A DNA stretch of 64,000 nt from a bacterium (GTDB taxonomy: Bacteria > Vulcanimicrobiota > JABDET01). Location: assembly GCA_021800275.1 (NCBI GenBank), contig JAJYZB010000004.1:83634-147633 (forward strand), read 5' to 3'. A program made the translations under genes and the position numbers. Under the pieces are notes generated by a model. It saw only the letters and a program-made list of their open reading frames with translations, did not search any database and had not been told where the DNA came from. Positions 26,761 to 37,949 of this stretch are shown piece by piece; position 1 is the stretch's first letter, and each line of letters starts with the position of its first letter.

Positions 26761-28260
26761 CTATGAAATAAAAGAAATTTTATTTCTCCCACCTTGTTTA
26801 GATTGATAAAGAGCCTGGTCTGTCTTATCAATCAGTTCTTTTTTTGTCGTGATATCTTCCGGAAAACTGGCAACTCCGCCGCTGATCGTGATATGCACAA
26901 TTTTTGAGCCTAAAACAAATTCATACTCTTCTACCGCCTGCCTGATTCGTTCAGCCACTAAAACGGTTCCGATTCGATTTGTTTCAGGCAGAATAACCAT
27001 GAACTCATCACCGCCGTAGCGGCACACGATATCAGAAGACCTCGTGACCGTCTTAATCACAGCGCCAAGCTGGCGAAGCAGCGCATCTCCCTGAGGATGT
27101 CCATAAGTGTCGTTTACGATTTTAAAATGGTCCACGTCCAAAATGATCGTAGATAAAGGCAGATTCTCGTACTTGCAGCGGCGAAATTCACGCTCTAAAG
27201 CGTCCTGCATGTAGCCATGGGTATAAAGCCCTGAAACACTGTCAGTAATAGCCATGGCTGCTGTCTTTTCTCGCAGCTGAACATTTCGGATAGAAATCGC
27301 TGCTTGATTGGCTAGAACAGAAAACAACTTTAAAGCTTCTCCATGATAAAAGTTAGGCGCTGAAGTTCCAACAAATAAAATTCCAATCACTTCTGTTTCA
27401 AAAATCAATGGAGCAGCCATGCAAGAGCGAAGAGAACGAGCTGATCGGGGAATAACCTGTTCTTCGGACGCAGAAATCTTTTCCATGTCAGGGAATATTT
27501 CTGGCGTTTTTTCATGTATCGTTTTAAATAGAACGGTCTTCACGCTCTTTGGATCAAAATCAGAAAACATTCTCGCATAAGGGCTGTCAATTCCTCGAAT
27601 TTTCATGACTTCATCTATGTCTTTTAAATAAATAGCTGTTGTCGAGGCAGCAAAAAGGTTTTTGCTCATTGTAAAGGTCAGTTGAAAGACATGCTCATAA
27701 GTTAACGTAGAACCAAGCTGCTGACCTGCCTCTATCAAGGAAATAAGAGCATCCATTTTTTTCTCCTGTTCCTGAGAAGCGACTTTAAACATGCCAAAGC
27801 TGGAAACAACTGAATTCAATGCCAAAACAAACATCCAGGAAGGATCCATCAAAACAGAAAAAACTGATCCTTGATGATAATAAACATTGATGCCAGCAAA
27901 AAGGATGGTTCCCCCCAGAGCAGAAAAAATCGCGGCTCCCCATGAAATAGATCCTGCTGTATAAGTTGCCAGAAAAAGGGGGAGCGAAAACAACAAATGT
28001 CCTTGATAAAGAAAGAGGAAAAAAATGCCTGAAAAAAAATCCAAAAAGATTAAAGCTGGCTCCAAGAAAGTAAATTGAAAAAACCGATAAAGCAAAATAA
28101 GAGAGGCTAAAATATATATGACGGCAATTAAAGCTGGGATTTCCCATGTGACAGTTTGACCCAAAAAAGATGCTTTTCCGGACATAATTCCCCAGAGCAA
28201 AAAACACAGAGCAATAAGCCTTAAAGATAAGTGCAGAAACTGAAACCGAGAAGTTTTCAT
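26761..28260 (-). CDS. membrane-anchored GAF-GGDEF diguanylate cyclase
   Basis: Multi-TM N-terminus, GAF-like middle, canonical active site RYGGDEFMVIL with an upstream RxxD-like site. Start set at ATG 28260, overlapping the mutS stop (ATGA). The track start is 28284. Confidence 0.85.
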   Translation of the reverse strand: MKTSRFQFLHLSLRLIALCFLLWGIMSGKASFLGQTVTWEIPALIAVIYILASLILLYRFFQFTFLEPALIFLDFFSGIFFLFLYQGHLLFSLPLFLATYTAGSISWGAAIFSALGGTILFAGINVYYHQGSVFSVLMDPSWMFVLALNSVVSSFGMFKVASQEQEKKMDALISLIEAGQQLGSTLTYEHVFQLTFTMSKNLFAASTTAIYLKDIDEVMKIRGIDSPYARMFSDFDPKSVKTVLFKTIHEKTPEIFPDMEKISASEEQVIPRSARSLRSCMAAPLIFETEVIGILFVGTSAPNFYHGEALKLFSVLANQAAISIRNVQLREKTAAMAITDSVSGLYTHGYMQDALEREFRRCKYENLPLSTIILDVDHFKIVNDTYGHPQGDALLRQLGAVIKTVTRSSDIVCRYGGDEFMVILPETNRIGTVLVAERIRQAVEEYEFVLGSKIVHITISGGVASFPEDITTKKELIDKTDQALYQSKQGGRNKISFIS

Positions 28261-30818
28261 TCTCTGCAGTACTCCTTTCTCCATTGATCCAGCAAATTTA
28301 AAGCCTCTAAGCCTGTCAAATGGTCAATTTCGACCGATTTCAACTGATCTAGAATAGGATGCTGATCGCAAGAAAAAAGATGCAGCTGCATCGAACGGAA
28401 AGAATGAGAAGAATAGGAAAAACGATTTGAAAAACCTCGCGATTTAGAAGGGCTTCTGCTTTCAATAGAACCAAGTATTTCTCTCGCCCTTTGAACCACA
28501 GATTCAGGGATGCCTGCCAGACGAGCAACCTGAATCCCATAACTTTTATTTGATAATCCAGGCAAAATTTTCCTCAAAAAGATTAGCTCCTCTTCTTTTT
28601 CCTCAACTGCTACCGTAAAATTTTTTACGACAGGATACAGCTCAGCTAAATCTGTCATTTCATGATAATGTGTGGCAAAAAGAACTTTCGCTTCGGTCTT
28701 TAACAGAGCTTCAGAAACAGCCCATGCTAAACTTAATCCATCAAAAGTGCCGGTGCCTCTGCCCACCTCATCCAGTAAAACCATTGTGTTTCTCTTTGCT
28801 TTTCTTAAAATCTCAGCGCATTCCTTCATTTCCACAAAAAAAGTGGATTCTCCCTGGTGGAGGTTATCAGAAGCTCCAATTCGGGTAAAAATTCGTTCCA
28901 AAACCCCAATTTGAGCGGCATCCGCTGGGACAAAACTTCCAATTTGCGATAAAATCACGATTAAAGCAGTCTGGCGAAGAAAAGTGGATTTTCCCGCCAT
29001 ATTAGGTCCTGTAATCACAAAAAGGCGCGACTTGGGATAAAGACAGACATCATTAGGAATAAAAGGACCAGACAAAAATGATTCGACAACAGGATGACGT
29101 CCTGCGGAAATACTAATCACGTCCCCATCGTTCACTTCTGGCCTAACAAAACGATACAGCAGAGCAGCAGAAGCCAGGCTGGAAGTGCAGTCCAACTGCG
29201 CCAGCAAACCTGCCGCTTTTCTCAATGCTTCTTCATGTTTTTTTACTTCATTACGTATTTCACAAAAAATTTCATATTCCAACGATTTAATTTTTTCTTG
29301 AAGAGACAAAATCAGAGTCTCCTTTATTTTTAATTCTTCTGTTACATACCTCTCTGCATTCGCAAGAGTTTGTTTTCTAACATAATGAGGAGGAACAAGA
29401 GATAAATTGGATTTTGTAACTTCCAAATAATACCCGAAAACCTGATTGAAGCCAACTTTTAAAGACTTGATCCCTGTGTTTCTTTTTTCTTTTTCTTCCA
29501 GAGCGGCTATCCAGTCTGCGGCCTCATTCAACTCTTTTTTCAATTCGTCTAATTCCAAATGGAATCCATCTTTAATAAGACCCCCGTCTTTTAAATTAAA
29601 TGGAGGATCGGAATGAATCCCATTTTCCAGTAAAACTGCCAGAGAAGAAAAATCAGGCATTTGAAGAAAAAAGTTTTGAAAAAATTCAGCCTGGCAGGAG
29701 GAAAGCAGACGAATCAAAACAGGAACTTCTTGCAAAATCGTTTTCAGAGAAATCAAATCTCGAGCATGGGCGATTTCAAAAAGAACACGGGATAGAATCC
29801 GTTCCAAATCTCCAACGTGAGATAAAGAGTTCTGGAGTTCTGACAACAGAATCTGTTGGCCCAAAAGTTCTTCTACAGCATCCTGACGATAAGCGATCTT
29901 TCCTAAATCCAAAAGAGGATAAAGCAGCCATTGACGCAGAAGTCTCCCCCCCATCGGAGTTTTTGTCTTATCCAAAAGATGCAGCAAACTTCCCTCTTTT
30001 TTCCCCGTGGATAAATTTTCAAAAAGCTCCAAATTCCGACAGGTGGTAGAATCCAGCATCAAATATTCCCGAGCATGACAAAAAACAGGTATCTGCATTC
30101 TGGGAGGATTCCCTCTATAAATTCCCTGAAGATATTCCAATAAAAAAGCAGAAGCTTTTTGAGCTGAAACAGGCATTTCAGGGAAACGCAGATTCAATCC
30201 AAGGAATTCTTCTCTAAATTCAAAAAAAGAAATCTTCACAGATTCAGGCTGAATCCATTCCTTTATAAATGATCCCGTGGAAATAAGAACCTCTTTGGGG
30301 GAAATCCTTAAAAACTCGTGCAGAAAAGTCGCTCTCTCGTTAGGGACCACTGCTGCTTTCCAATCTCCTGTAGAAATATCTGCCCAGGACAGTCCTATTT
30401 CATCTGAATCCACGTGAATTGCCAGAATAAAATTAAACTCTTTTTCATTTAACAAATCCCCTTCAACAATGGTTCCAGGGGTTAAAAATCTCACAATATT
30501 TCGCTCGATCAAACCTTTAGACTGCGAAGCTTCTTCCAACTGTTCTGAGACGGCAACTTTATAGCCTTGATAAAGCAGAGTCTTTAAATGGTTATCCAGA
30601 GTATGATAGGGAAATCCAGCCATTGGAATTCTATTTCCACGAATCTCTTTCCCTGTTAAAACAATGTCTAGCGCAGAACTCAATGTCTTTCCATCTTCCC
30701 CGTAAGCTTCGTAGAAATCGCCAACCCGAAATAAAAGAAGAGAATCAGGGCAGCTCTTTTTTAAATCAAAATATTGATCCAGGAGAGGGGACAAAGAAAT
30801 TTCAAGAGAGGATTTCAT
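28257..30818 (-). CDS. mutS: DNA mismatch repair protein MutS
   Basis: TPLLDQY-type N-terminus (SPLLDQYFDLKK), Walker A GPNMAGKST, DEVGRGT, STHYH-like ATHYHE. Start set at ATG 30818; the track start is 30848. Confidence 0.95.
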   Translation of the reverse strand: MKSSLEISLSPLLDQYFDLKKSCPDSLLLFRVGDFYEAYGEDGKTLSSALDIVLTGKEIRGNRIPMAGFPYHTLDNHLKTLLYQGYKVAVSEQLEEASQSKGLIERNIVRFLTPGTIVEGDLLNEKEFNFILAIHVDSDEIGLSWADISTGDWKAAVVPNERATFLHEFLRISPKEVLISTGSFIKEWIQPESVKISFFEFREEFLGLNLRFPEMPVSAQKASAFLLEYLQGIYRGNPPRMQIPVFCHAREYLMLDSTTCRNLELFENLSTGKKEGSLLHLLDKTKTPMGGRLLRQWLLYPLLDLGKIAYRQDAVEELLGQQILLSELQNSLSHVGDLERILSRVLFEIAHARDLISLKTILQEVPVLIRLLSSCQAEFFQNFFLQMPDFSSLAVLLENGIHSDPPFNLKDGGLIKDGFHLELDELKKELNEAADWIAALEEKEKRNTGIKSLKVGFNQVFGYYLEVTKSNLSLVPPHYVRKQTLANAERYVTEELKIKETLILSLQEKIKSLEYEIFCEIRNEVKKHEEALRKAAGLLAQLDCTSSLASAALLYRFVRPEVNDGDVISISAGRHPVVESFLSGPFIPNDVCLYPKSRLFVITGPNMAGKSTFLRQTALIVILSQIGSFVPADAAQIGVLERIFTRIGASDNLHQGESTFFVEMKECAEILRKAKRNTMVLLDEVGRGTGTFDGLSLAWAVSEALLKTEAKVLFATHYHEMTDLAELYPVVKNFTVAVEEKEEELIFLRKILPGLSNKSYGIQVARLAGIPESVVQRAREILGSIESRSPSKSRGFSNRFSYSSHSFRSMQLHLFSCDQHPILDQLKSVEIDHLTGLEALNLLDQWRKEYCRE

Positions 30819-31170
30819 GAACCCTCTGAACAAGCATTCGCGGGTCAAATGGCTTTGTCAAATACATAACCACTCCGTTGTCATACGCGTCAAGAACATC
30901 TTGAAATCCATCTTTAGCGGTCAGAACAATAATAGGTATATTCATGGTCTCTTTCTTCTCTTTCATTCTTTTATAGAAAGTAATTCCATCCATTTCAGGC
31001 ATCATTAAATCCGTAATCACCAGGACAGGCATCTCTTTTTGAACCAGTTCCATCCCTTCCTGTCCATCTGCAGCTTCATACACCTTAAATCCTTCGAACT
31101 CCAAAGAAATCTTAACAAATCTTCGAAGCACTTCCTCATCCTCCACAATCAAAATCTTCCTTGTATTCAT
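30802..31170 (-). CDS. single-domain response regulator (CheY-like receiver)
   Basis: ILIVEDEE, phospho-acceptor context LVITDLMMPEMDG, LTAKD, K in YLTKPF; 122 aa. Confidence 0.85.
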   Translation of the reverse strand: MNTRKILIVEDEEVLRRFVKISLEFEGFKVYEAADGQEGMELVQKEMPVLVITDLMMPEMDGITFYKRMKEKKETMNIPIIVLTAKDGFQDVLDAYDNGVVMYLTKPFDPRMLVQRVHEILS

Positions 31171-31389
31171 AGAGAACTGCCCGATGCGTGACGAAATAAA
31201 TTAACAAGGGAATAAACAGTTGAAACCATGAAAAACTTATTCTAACTAGAGAAACGTTTTCCTGTTGATCTTTTATTGAAAAAATATCTCTGGCATCAAG
31301 TTCAGAACAGACAGCTGCATTCGGAAACATAAATTCTCTGCACGAAAATTCACTCTGTCTGCTGAAGTGCGACGCACAAATAAGGCAGA

Positions 31390-31767
31390 CTAATTGGGAA
31401 TTAAAAGAATTTCTTTTATTCTCTGGACTAAATCATAAGGGTCAAATGGTTTTGTCACATAATCAACGACCCCCATTTCAGCTCCTTTCGCGAAATCCGA
31501 TCTCTGGGTTTTAGCCGAAGTAACAATCACTGGAATTTTTCCCAGACCCTTTGCATTAATATGTTCTAAAACTTCCCACCCATCTTTCCCTGGCAGCATC
31601 AGATCCAATAGAACAAGGGAAACTGGATTACAGTCAAACATCTGAATCGCAGCCTCTCCATCATGGGCAAGAACAGCCTTAAAACCTGTTAAGTCCAGAT
31701 TAATTTTAATTAAATTTGCAATGCTTTCATCATCTTCAATGACTAAAATGACGGGATGATTTATCAT
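31390..31767 (-). CDS. single-domain response regulator (CheY-like receiver)
   Basis: [32 protein letters not shown]; 125 aa. It overlaps the 3' end of the upstream kinase. Confidence 0.85.
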   Translation of the reverse strand: MINHPVILVIEDDESIANLIKINLDLTGFKAVLAHDGEAAIQMFDCNPVSLVLLDLMLPGKDGWEVLEHINAKGLGKIPVIVTSAKTQRSDFAKGAEMGVVDYVTKPFDPYDLVQRIKEILLIPN

Positions 31768-33967
31768 TCATTCCTTCCTTTTCCACTACAAAATTTTTTA
31801 AAGGGAGCGTAAAAATAAATTTAGATCCCCCGCCTAAAATTGACTCCACCCATATTTTACCTCCATGAGCTTCTACAACTTTTTTAGCGATAAACAATCC
31901 CAATCCCCAGCCATAAGCCCAACGAGTTGGACGATTATCCACTCGATGGAAACGATCAAATATTTTTTCCTGTTCATCAAAAGGTATTCCTACCCCATGA
32001 TCCTTAACACTGATGCAAACTCTTTCATCCTCAGGCTGAATCTGAATCTCCACATCCCCTCCTTTAGGGGAATACTTGACTGCATTGCTCAGGAGATGCT
32101 GCATCACATACTCTATCTGGCTTCCATCAAATTCCAATTCAACTTTTTCAGGACCCATGCAGGAAAACCCATGTTTGGGATGCAGCTGTTTATATCTATC
32201 CACCAGCTGCTTTGCTATTGGAATTAAATCCAACAGTCGGGGATTCGTATGAAATTTCTCGGATTCAATTCTAGACACTTCCAGAAGATCAGAAATCAGG
32301 CCGCTCAATCGGTCCACCTCTCGATTCATAATTTGCAAAAACTCCCTTTGGGTGGCATGATCGAATGTGGTGGCTGGATGCAGAAGAGTCGCAATATATC
32401 CTTTGATAGAAGTTAATGGGGTACGGAGTTCGTGAGAAACTGTAGAGATAAAATCTGATTTCATCTGCTCCATTTCCTTTACTTTAGAAATATCCCTGAA
32501 AACTGAAACAAAACCCAACAGATCTCCACTCTCGCCCCGAAGAGGAGAAAAAGCCAGAGATAAAAACTTCTCGGAACCATCTTTCGCTTTTACTAAAATC
32601 TCCCGATACGAGGGGCCGGAAATACTTTCATCTATTTCATTTTGGAGACTCGTGTCAATATGAAAAATTGATAAAAAAGAAGTATTCAGCAATTCTTCTT
32701 CTTTCCAATTTAAAATTTTCTCTACAGCGGGGTTTACGGAAATAATCTTTAATTTTTTATCTGTGGTTATCACGCCATCAGCAATAGAAGTAAACAGAGA
32801 ATCCAAGAGTTTTTTTTCCTTTACAACCTCTTCATAAAGCCTGGCGTTTTTTATCGAAATTCCCGCCTGCTGCGCGAGAGCCAGGAGAAGCCTTGCTTCT
32901 TCTTCAATAAAATCATGGTGATCTCGATAGCAAACCTTTATCATTCCGCCCAATTTTCGATCAATTAAGATGGGGATAATTCCAAAAGAAGAGACATCGC
33001 CGTTCTTTTCAAGCCAGGAAGCAAAAACTTCCTGATTTCTGGCGTCAGAAAAGAAAAGAGGAACCCCTTCTAATAAAGAAGCAGAGAATTCTTTAATATT
33101 TAACAAAGTTGTGATATCTGAATCTCCTTCCAAAAGAACGGCGGTGCTGCTCGCCTTTAAAGTTTGAAGAATCAAATTCTCAAGGCGCTGCAAAATAACA
33201 TCAGGATTTAAAGGAGAAGAAACAACCTGTGTAACATGATACAAAGTGAACAACTCGTCCAATCTCTTTTCCAGGTTTTCGCTGGACTCTTGATACATCT
33301 TGGCATTATCAATTGCCATCGCTAAAGAAGATGAAATAACTTCGAATAGATTTAAATCTTCTTCTTTAAAATAGGAAGAAAGGGAGTGATGCAGCTCAAC
33401 GGTTCCAATCATTCTACCCCGAACTATTAAAGGGACTGCCATAATAGATTTGATGCTTCGCCTAATGAGACTGGATAAATCAATGTTCGGATCGCTTTCG
33501 ACATCACCAATCAAGAAAGGAAAGTTTTGCTGAAATACGATCCCGGCTATCCCTTTTCCAACAGGCAGGGCTACCGGAGTTTTAGAGATTCCAAAACACT
33601 CCTGAAGAATTAACTCATTTCTTTTTTTTTCTTGTAAAAAAATCCCGCCTGACTCAGCCTTAAAAATTCTTACCATCTCTCTAAGAGCCTGCTGCATCAC
33701 TTCTGGCAGAGAAAGAGTTGAGTTCAAAGTCATCGCAATCCTATGGAGAGTAGAAATCTCTTCCAATCTCTGCTGCACTTTTTCGTAAAGAATTCTCTGA
33801 GTTTGAAGAGAGTCCTGATATTTATGAAGCTGATCAGCCATGCCTTGTTCTGTTTTTTCTTTCATTTTTAAAACTCGCCGGTCAAACTGCCTGGACAAAA
33901 TCAACCAGAATAAAATAGCCAGGAACAGAGCCAGCAGAACAGCCAGAGGGATCACAAATGAAGTCAA
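31736..33967 (-). CDS. sensor histidine kinase (TM - 2x GAF - PAS - HisKA - HATPase)
   Basis: H-box [18 protein letters not shown]-box [11 protein letters not shown]-boxes DHGVGIP and GWGLGL. The start is uncertain: TTG 33967 follows GAGGAG and overlaps the hslV stop (TTGA); the track ATG is at 34009. Confidence 0.85.
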   Translation of the reverse strand: MTSFVIPLAVLLALFLAILFWLILSRQFDRRVLKMKEKTEQGMADQLHKYQDSLQTQRILYEKVQQRLEEISTLHRIAMTLNSTLSLPEVMQQALREMVRIFKAESGGIFLQEKKRNELILQECFGISKTPVALPVGKGIAGIVFQQNFPFLIGDVESDPNIDLSSLIRRSIKSIMAVPLIVRGRMIGTVELHHSLSSYFKEEDLNLFEVISSSLAMAIDNAKMYQESSENLEKRLDELFTLYHVTQVVSSPLNPDVILQRLENLILQTLKASSTAVLLEGDSDITTLLNIKEFSASLLEGVPLFFSDARNQEVFASWLEKNGDVSSFGIIPILIDRKLGGMIKVCYRDHHDFIEEEARLLLALAQQAGISIKNARLYEEVVKEKKLLDSLFTSIADGVITTDKKLKIISVNPAVEKILNWKEEELLNTSFLSIFHIDTSLQNEIDESISGPSYREILVKAKDGSEKFLSLAFSPLRGESGDLLGFVSVFRDISKVKEMEQMKSDFISTVSHELRTPLTSIKGYIATLLHPATTFDHATQREFLQIMNREVDRLSGLISDLLEVSRIESEKFHTNPRLLDLIPIAKQLVDRYKQLHPKHGFSCMGPEKVELEFDGSQIEYVMQHLLSNAVKYSPKGGDVEIQIQPEDERVCISVKDHGVGIPFDEQEKIFDRFHRVDNRPTRWAYGWGLGLFIAKKVVEAHGGKIWVESILGGGSKFIFTLPLKNFVVEKEGMNDKSSRHFSH

Positions 33968-34485
33968 AGCAGCTCCTCTATCGTTAAATTCTGATTCGTA
34001 TAAATACAAATATCAGCCGCAATTTTCAGAGACTCCTCAACCATTTCCCTGGGGCTCAAAGCAGAATGTTTAGAGAGCGCTCGAGCAGCAGCTACAGCAT
34101 AAGGAGAACCCGATCCAATCCCGGCAACTCCTTCATCAGGCTCTACGACATCCCCTGTTCCCGAAAGCACAAAAAGATGTTCCTTATCCGCTGCCAGCAG
34201 AAGAGCTTCAAGTCTTCGAAGAGCTTTGTCCAATCTCCACTCTTTTGCCAGTTCCACGCAGGCTCTAGGTAAATTTCCATGATACTCCTCTAATTTTTTT
34301 TCGAACTTTTCAAACAAGGCAAGACCATCTGCTGCCGATCCAGCAAATCCTGCCAGAACTTTTCCGTCAAACATTTTTCTAATTTTTTTTGCTTTATGTT
34401 TTATCACGGTCTTATCAACGGTTACCTGACCATCCCCACCCATTGCCACTTTCCCATCTTTTAAAACAGCTAAAACTGTTGTCAT
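33964..34485 (-). CDS. hslV: ATP-dependent protease subunit HslV
   Basis: [22 protein letters not shown] (Thr nucleophile after Met), GSGSPYA; 173 aa. ATGA overlap with trmFO. Confidence 0.9.
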   Translation of the reverse strand: MTTVLAVLKDGKVAMGGDGQVTVDKTVIKHKAKKIRKMFDGKVLAGFAGSAADGLALFEKFEKKLEEYHGNLPRACVELAKEWRLDKALRRLEALLLAADKEHLFVLSGTGDVVEPDEGVAGIGSGSPYAVAAARALSKHSALSPREMVEESLKIAADICIYTNQNLTIEELL

Positions 34486-35807
34486 AAGGCAGCAGCCTCC
34501 TTTCTCACCTGGCTTGTATATTTCTCTAAATCCCGAGCCGCTCTTTCCACAAGCTGCTTCTGCCTCAAAACTTTATCTCTGACAGGAACAGCAAGAGGGG
34601 GAAACAAGCTGAAATTAATGTTCATTGGCTGAAAATCACGCGGATTTGCATGGGTAATGTAATGAATCAGGGAGCCAATTCCAGTCGTAGAGGGTGGAGA
34701 AAACATCTCTCTGCCTAAAAGGAATCTGGCGGCATTCACCCCGGCTAAAAAACCCGATGCAATATCTTCAACATATCCTTCCACACCCGTAATTTGGCCA
34801 GCAAAAAAAAGAGTTGGGATCGCTCTTAACTGAAGCGTTGGATAAAGAAGAACTGGAGCTGAAATAAAAAGATTTCGATGCATCACCCCATATCTCACAA
34901 ATTCGGCCTGCTCAAGTCCAGGAATCATTCGAAAAACGCGCTCCTGTTCCCCCCGTTTCATTCGGGTCTGGAATCCAACTAAATTATACATCGTTTCTTC
35001 TTTATTTTCAAGGCGCAGCTGAACAGCAGCATACGGTTCTCTGCCTGTTCCAGAAACAGGAAGTCCAACAGGCTTTAAGGCTCCAAACCGCAAGGTATCA
35101 AAACCTCGATCCGCTTTTTCTTCTATTGGCATACAGCCTTCAAAAAACTTTGGCGGCTCATGAGGAGCATAGGGGACTCTTTCGCTAGAACGAACAGCGG
35201 CCACAAAACTGCAATATTCTTCCTTAGTCAAGGGGGAGTTCAAATAGGCCTTATCATCCCCTCTGCCATAACGGCAGCCATGATAAAGTTTTGAAAAATC
35301 TAAACTTTCTCTTGTGACAATCGGTGAAACGGCATCATAATAATACAAATAATCTCCACAGAAAGTTTTAAGAAAAGCGGCAAAATCTGGACTGGTCAAA
35401 GGTCCAGTGGCGACAATGCAAACTCCTTCAGGAAGCTCCCGAACCTCTTTTCGAATCAGATGAATGCAGGGATGCCTGGAGATGCAGTCTGTCACTTTTT
35501 TAGAAAATTCTTCACGATTCACTGCCAGAGCCTGCCCGGCTGGAACAGCACAAAAATCAGCCGTTTTAATCAGAAGAGAGCCTAATTTTCTCAACTCTTC
35601 TTTCAATAGTCCTGGAGTTTTCAAAGGATTGTTAGTTCCCAAAGAGTTTGAACAGACCAATTCAGCAAGAAGATCGGTTTTATGAACGCCTGTTAAAACA
35701 GCAGGGCGCATTTCAAAAAGATCAACCTCAATACCAGATTCAGCAGCCTGCCAGGCAGCTTCACATCCTGCCAGTCCTCCTCCAATAATGGTCAATCTTT
35801 GCTTCAT
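34482..35807 (-). CDS. trmFO: methylenetetrahydrofolate--tRNA-(uracil-5)-methyltransferase
   Basis: FAD motif [31 protein letters not shown]; 441 aa. Confidence 0.9.
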   Translation of the reverse strand: MKQRLTIIGGGLAGCEAAWQAAESGIEVDLFEMRPAVLTGVHKTDLLAELVCSNSLGTNNPLKTPGLLKEELRKLGSLLIKTADFCAVPAGQALAVNREEFSKKVTDCISRHPCIHLIRKEVRELPEGVCIVATGPLTSPDFAAFLKTFCGDYLYYYDAVSPIVTRESLDFSKLYHGCRYGRGDDKAYLNSPLTKEEYCSFVAAVRSSERVPYAPHEPPKFFEGCMPIEEKADRGFDTLRFGALKPVGLPVSGTGREPYAAVQLRLENKEETMYNLVGFQTRMKRGEQERVFRMIPGLEQAEFVRYGVMHRNLFISAPVLLYPTLQLRAIPTLFFAGQITGVEGYVEDIASGFLAGVNAARFLLGREMFSPPSTTGIGSLIHYITHANPRDFQPMNINFSLFPPLAVPVRDKVLRQKQLVERAARDLEKYTSQVRKEAAAL

Positions 35808-35831
35808 AAAAATGTCACAAACAGCTCAGGT

Positions 35832-37949
35832 TCAAAAACTTTTATACCCGCAGCCTTCTTTTGCACAAATCTTCCCTGTCATTCCATTTTTTCCATTCTT
35901 TTCAAATAATAGAGAACCGCACTGCGGACATTTCTCTGAAGAAGGCTTATTCCAGCTTCTGAACTGACATTCAGGATAACGGCTGCAACCATAAAATATT
36001 CTTCCTTTTTTCGTTTTCAATTGCAAAATCTCGCCAGAACAGCCAGGTTCAGGACAAGAAATCCCTGTTCCTTTCGAAATCCCTTTTGTATAACGACACT
36101 CAGGATAACCAGAACATGCCATAAACTGGCCGAATCTTCCTTCACGAATCACTAAATTCTTCCCGCAGTTAGGACAGATTTCTTCAGTTACCACGGGCTC
36201 AACTTTAACTCTTTCCAAATGAATCTGAGCCTCTTTTAATGCCCCTTCAAAAGAAGGATAAAAGTTCGAAAGAAGATCCACCCAGTTTAATTTTCCTTCT
36301 TCTACCGCATCTAACTTGTTCTCCATATCAGCCGTAAAATCCACATTTAAAATATCAGAAAAGTTTTTTTCGAGGGTCTCAGTCACGACAAATCCCAATG
36401 GTGTTGGAAAAAATCGTTTGTTTTCAAGAGAAACATATCTCCTTTGCAAAATAGTTTCAATAATAGGAGCGTAAGTAGAAGGACGGCCAATCCCATTCTC
36501 TTCAAGAGTTTTAACAATACTGGCTTCTGTGTAGCGAGGAGGGGGCTGGGTAAAATGCTGTTTGGGCGCAAGTTTATCCAAATTCAAAAACTCCCCTTCT
36601 TTTAACTCTGGCAGAGAAACTTTTTCAGGATCTTCAAGATTGTCCCCTAACGTTTCTTCATCCGTTTTTTTTGCATCTCCGCTTTCACCTGCGTCACTAT
36701 AAACAGCTAAAAATCCAGGAAATTTTAAGGTGCTTCCCGTTGTCTTAAATTCATATTCTCCGGCTTTAATTTCGATTGTTCTGACATTGAACAAAGCAGA
36801 ACTCATCTGACTCGCTAAAAATCTTTCCCATATTAAACGATACAAACGATACTGATCTCGATTTAAAAAAGGTTTCACTTTTTCAGGTGTTCTAAACACG
36901 CTGGTTGGACGAATCGCTTCATGAGCATCCTGAGATCCTTCTCTGATTTTAAAAATTTTCCCTAACCAGTACTCTTCAGAATACTTTTGAATAATAAACT
37001 CCTGAGCCTCTTTTTGCGCATATTCTGCAACTCTAGTGGAGTCCGTTCTCATGTAGGTGATCAATCCTGCTGTTCCTTCTTCGCCAATATCCAGTCCTTC
37101 ATAAAGCTGCTGCGCAATGCTCATGGTTCGGGAAACTTTAAATCCTAATTTTCGATTAGCATCTTGCTGCAGAGTGCTGGTGATAAAGGGGGGAAAAGGA
37201 TTTCTTCTATGATCCTTTTCCGAAATGGAAGAAACGACATAAGATTCTCCAGTCAATGCATGGACAGTCTCCTGTGTTTTTGTTTCATCTGAAAGAAGAA
37301 GCTTTTCACCTTTGAACTTAACCAGTAAAGAAGGAAAAGCAGACAAACTTCCGTCTTTTTTCAAAAAATGCGCTGTAATTGTCCAATATTCCACAGGAAC
37401 AAATGCTTGAATCTCTTTCTCTCTTTCACAGACTAGTTTGACAGCGACAGATTGAACTCTGCCAGCGCTCAACCCCCTCTTAACTTTGCTCCAGAGCAGA
37501 GGGCTTAACTTGTACCCCACGAGGCGATCTAAAACCCTTCTAGCCTGCTGAGCATTAACTTTGTCCTGATCCAGATGTTTTGCTTGCTTCAAGGCATTCA
37601 AAAGCGCGGTTTTTGTAATCTCGCGAAGTTCAATTCTCTTCGCGCTTTCTTCAATTCCTAGAATTTCGCTTAAATGCCAGGCTATCGCCTCTCCTTCCCG
37701 ATCAGGATCTGTCGCTAAAAAAATCTGCTTCGAACCTTTTGCCGCGGCTTTCAATTCCTTGATAATTTTATGCTTCCCTTTAATGACTATGTATTTAGGG
37801 GCAAAATGGTTTCCAACATCTACTCCTAACTGGCTTTTAGGGAGATCTCGAACGTGCCCCATCGAGGCTTTCACTTCATATCCTTTGGAAAGGAACTTCT
37901 TTATGGTCCGCGCTTTTGCGGGAGATTCTACAATGATCAATGAGTTCAT
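35832..37949 (-). CDS. topA: DNA topoisomerase I
   Basis: Toprim start MNSLIIVESPAKARTIKKFL, active-site region GLITYMRTDS, three C-terminal Cys4 zinc ribbons. ATG 37949 overlaps the dprA stop (ATGA). The track start 38051 adds a non-homologous leader. Confidence 0.95.
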   Translation of the reverse strand: MNSLIIVESPAKARTIKKFLSKGYEVKASMGHVRDLPKSQLGVDVGNHFAPKYIVIKGKHKIIKELKAAAKGSKQIFLATDPDREGEAIAWHLSEILGIEESAKRIELREITKTALLNALKQAKHLDQDKVNAQQARRVLDRLVGYKLSPLLWSKVKRGLSAGRVQSVAVKLVCEREKEIQAFVPVEYWTITAHFLKKDGSLSAFPSLLVKFKGEKLLLSDETKTQETVHALTGESYVVSSISEKDHRRNPFPPFITSTLQQDANRKLGFKVSRTMSIAQQLYEGLDIGEEGTAGLITYMRTDSTRVAEYAQKEAQEFIIQKYSEEYWLGKIFKIREGSQDAHEAIRPTSVFRTPEKVKPFLNRDQYRLYRLIWERFLASQMSSALFNVRTIEIKAGEYEFKTTGSTLKFPGFLAVYSDAGESGDAKKTDEETLGDNLEDPEKVSLPELKEGEFLNLDKLAPKQHFTQPPPRYTEASIVKTLEENGIGRPSTYAPIIETILQRRYVSLENKRFFPTPLGFVVTETLEKNFSDILNVDFTADMENKLDAVEEGKLNWVDLLSNFYPSFEGALKEAQIHLERVKVEPVVTEEICPNCGKNLVIREGRFGQFMACSGYPECRYTKGISKGTGISCPEPGCSGEILQLKTKKGRIFYGCSRYPECQFRSWNKPSSEKCPQCGSLLFEKNGKNGMTGKICAKEGCGYKSF

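Noticed and set aside
31171-31389. Small gene or sRNA in the 219-bp gap between the two receiver genes (track ORF 31136..31330)
   Set aside because: The ORF overlaps the downstream receiver's start and has no RBS. I saw only weak, long-range complementarity (CAGACAG…CTGTCTG). No terminator-like hairpin supports an sRNA call.
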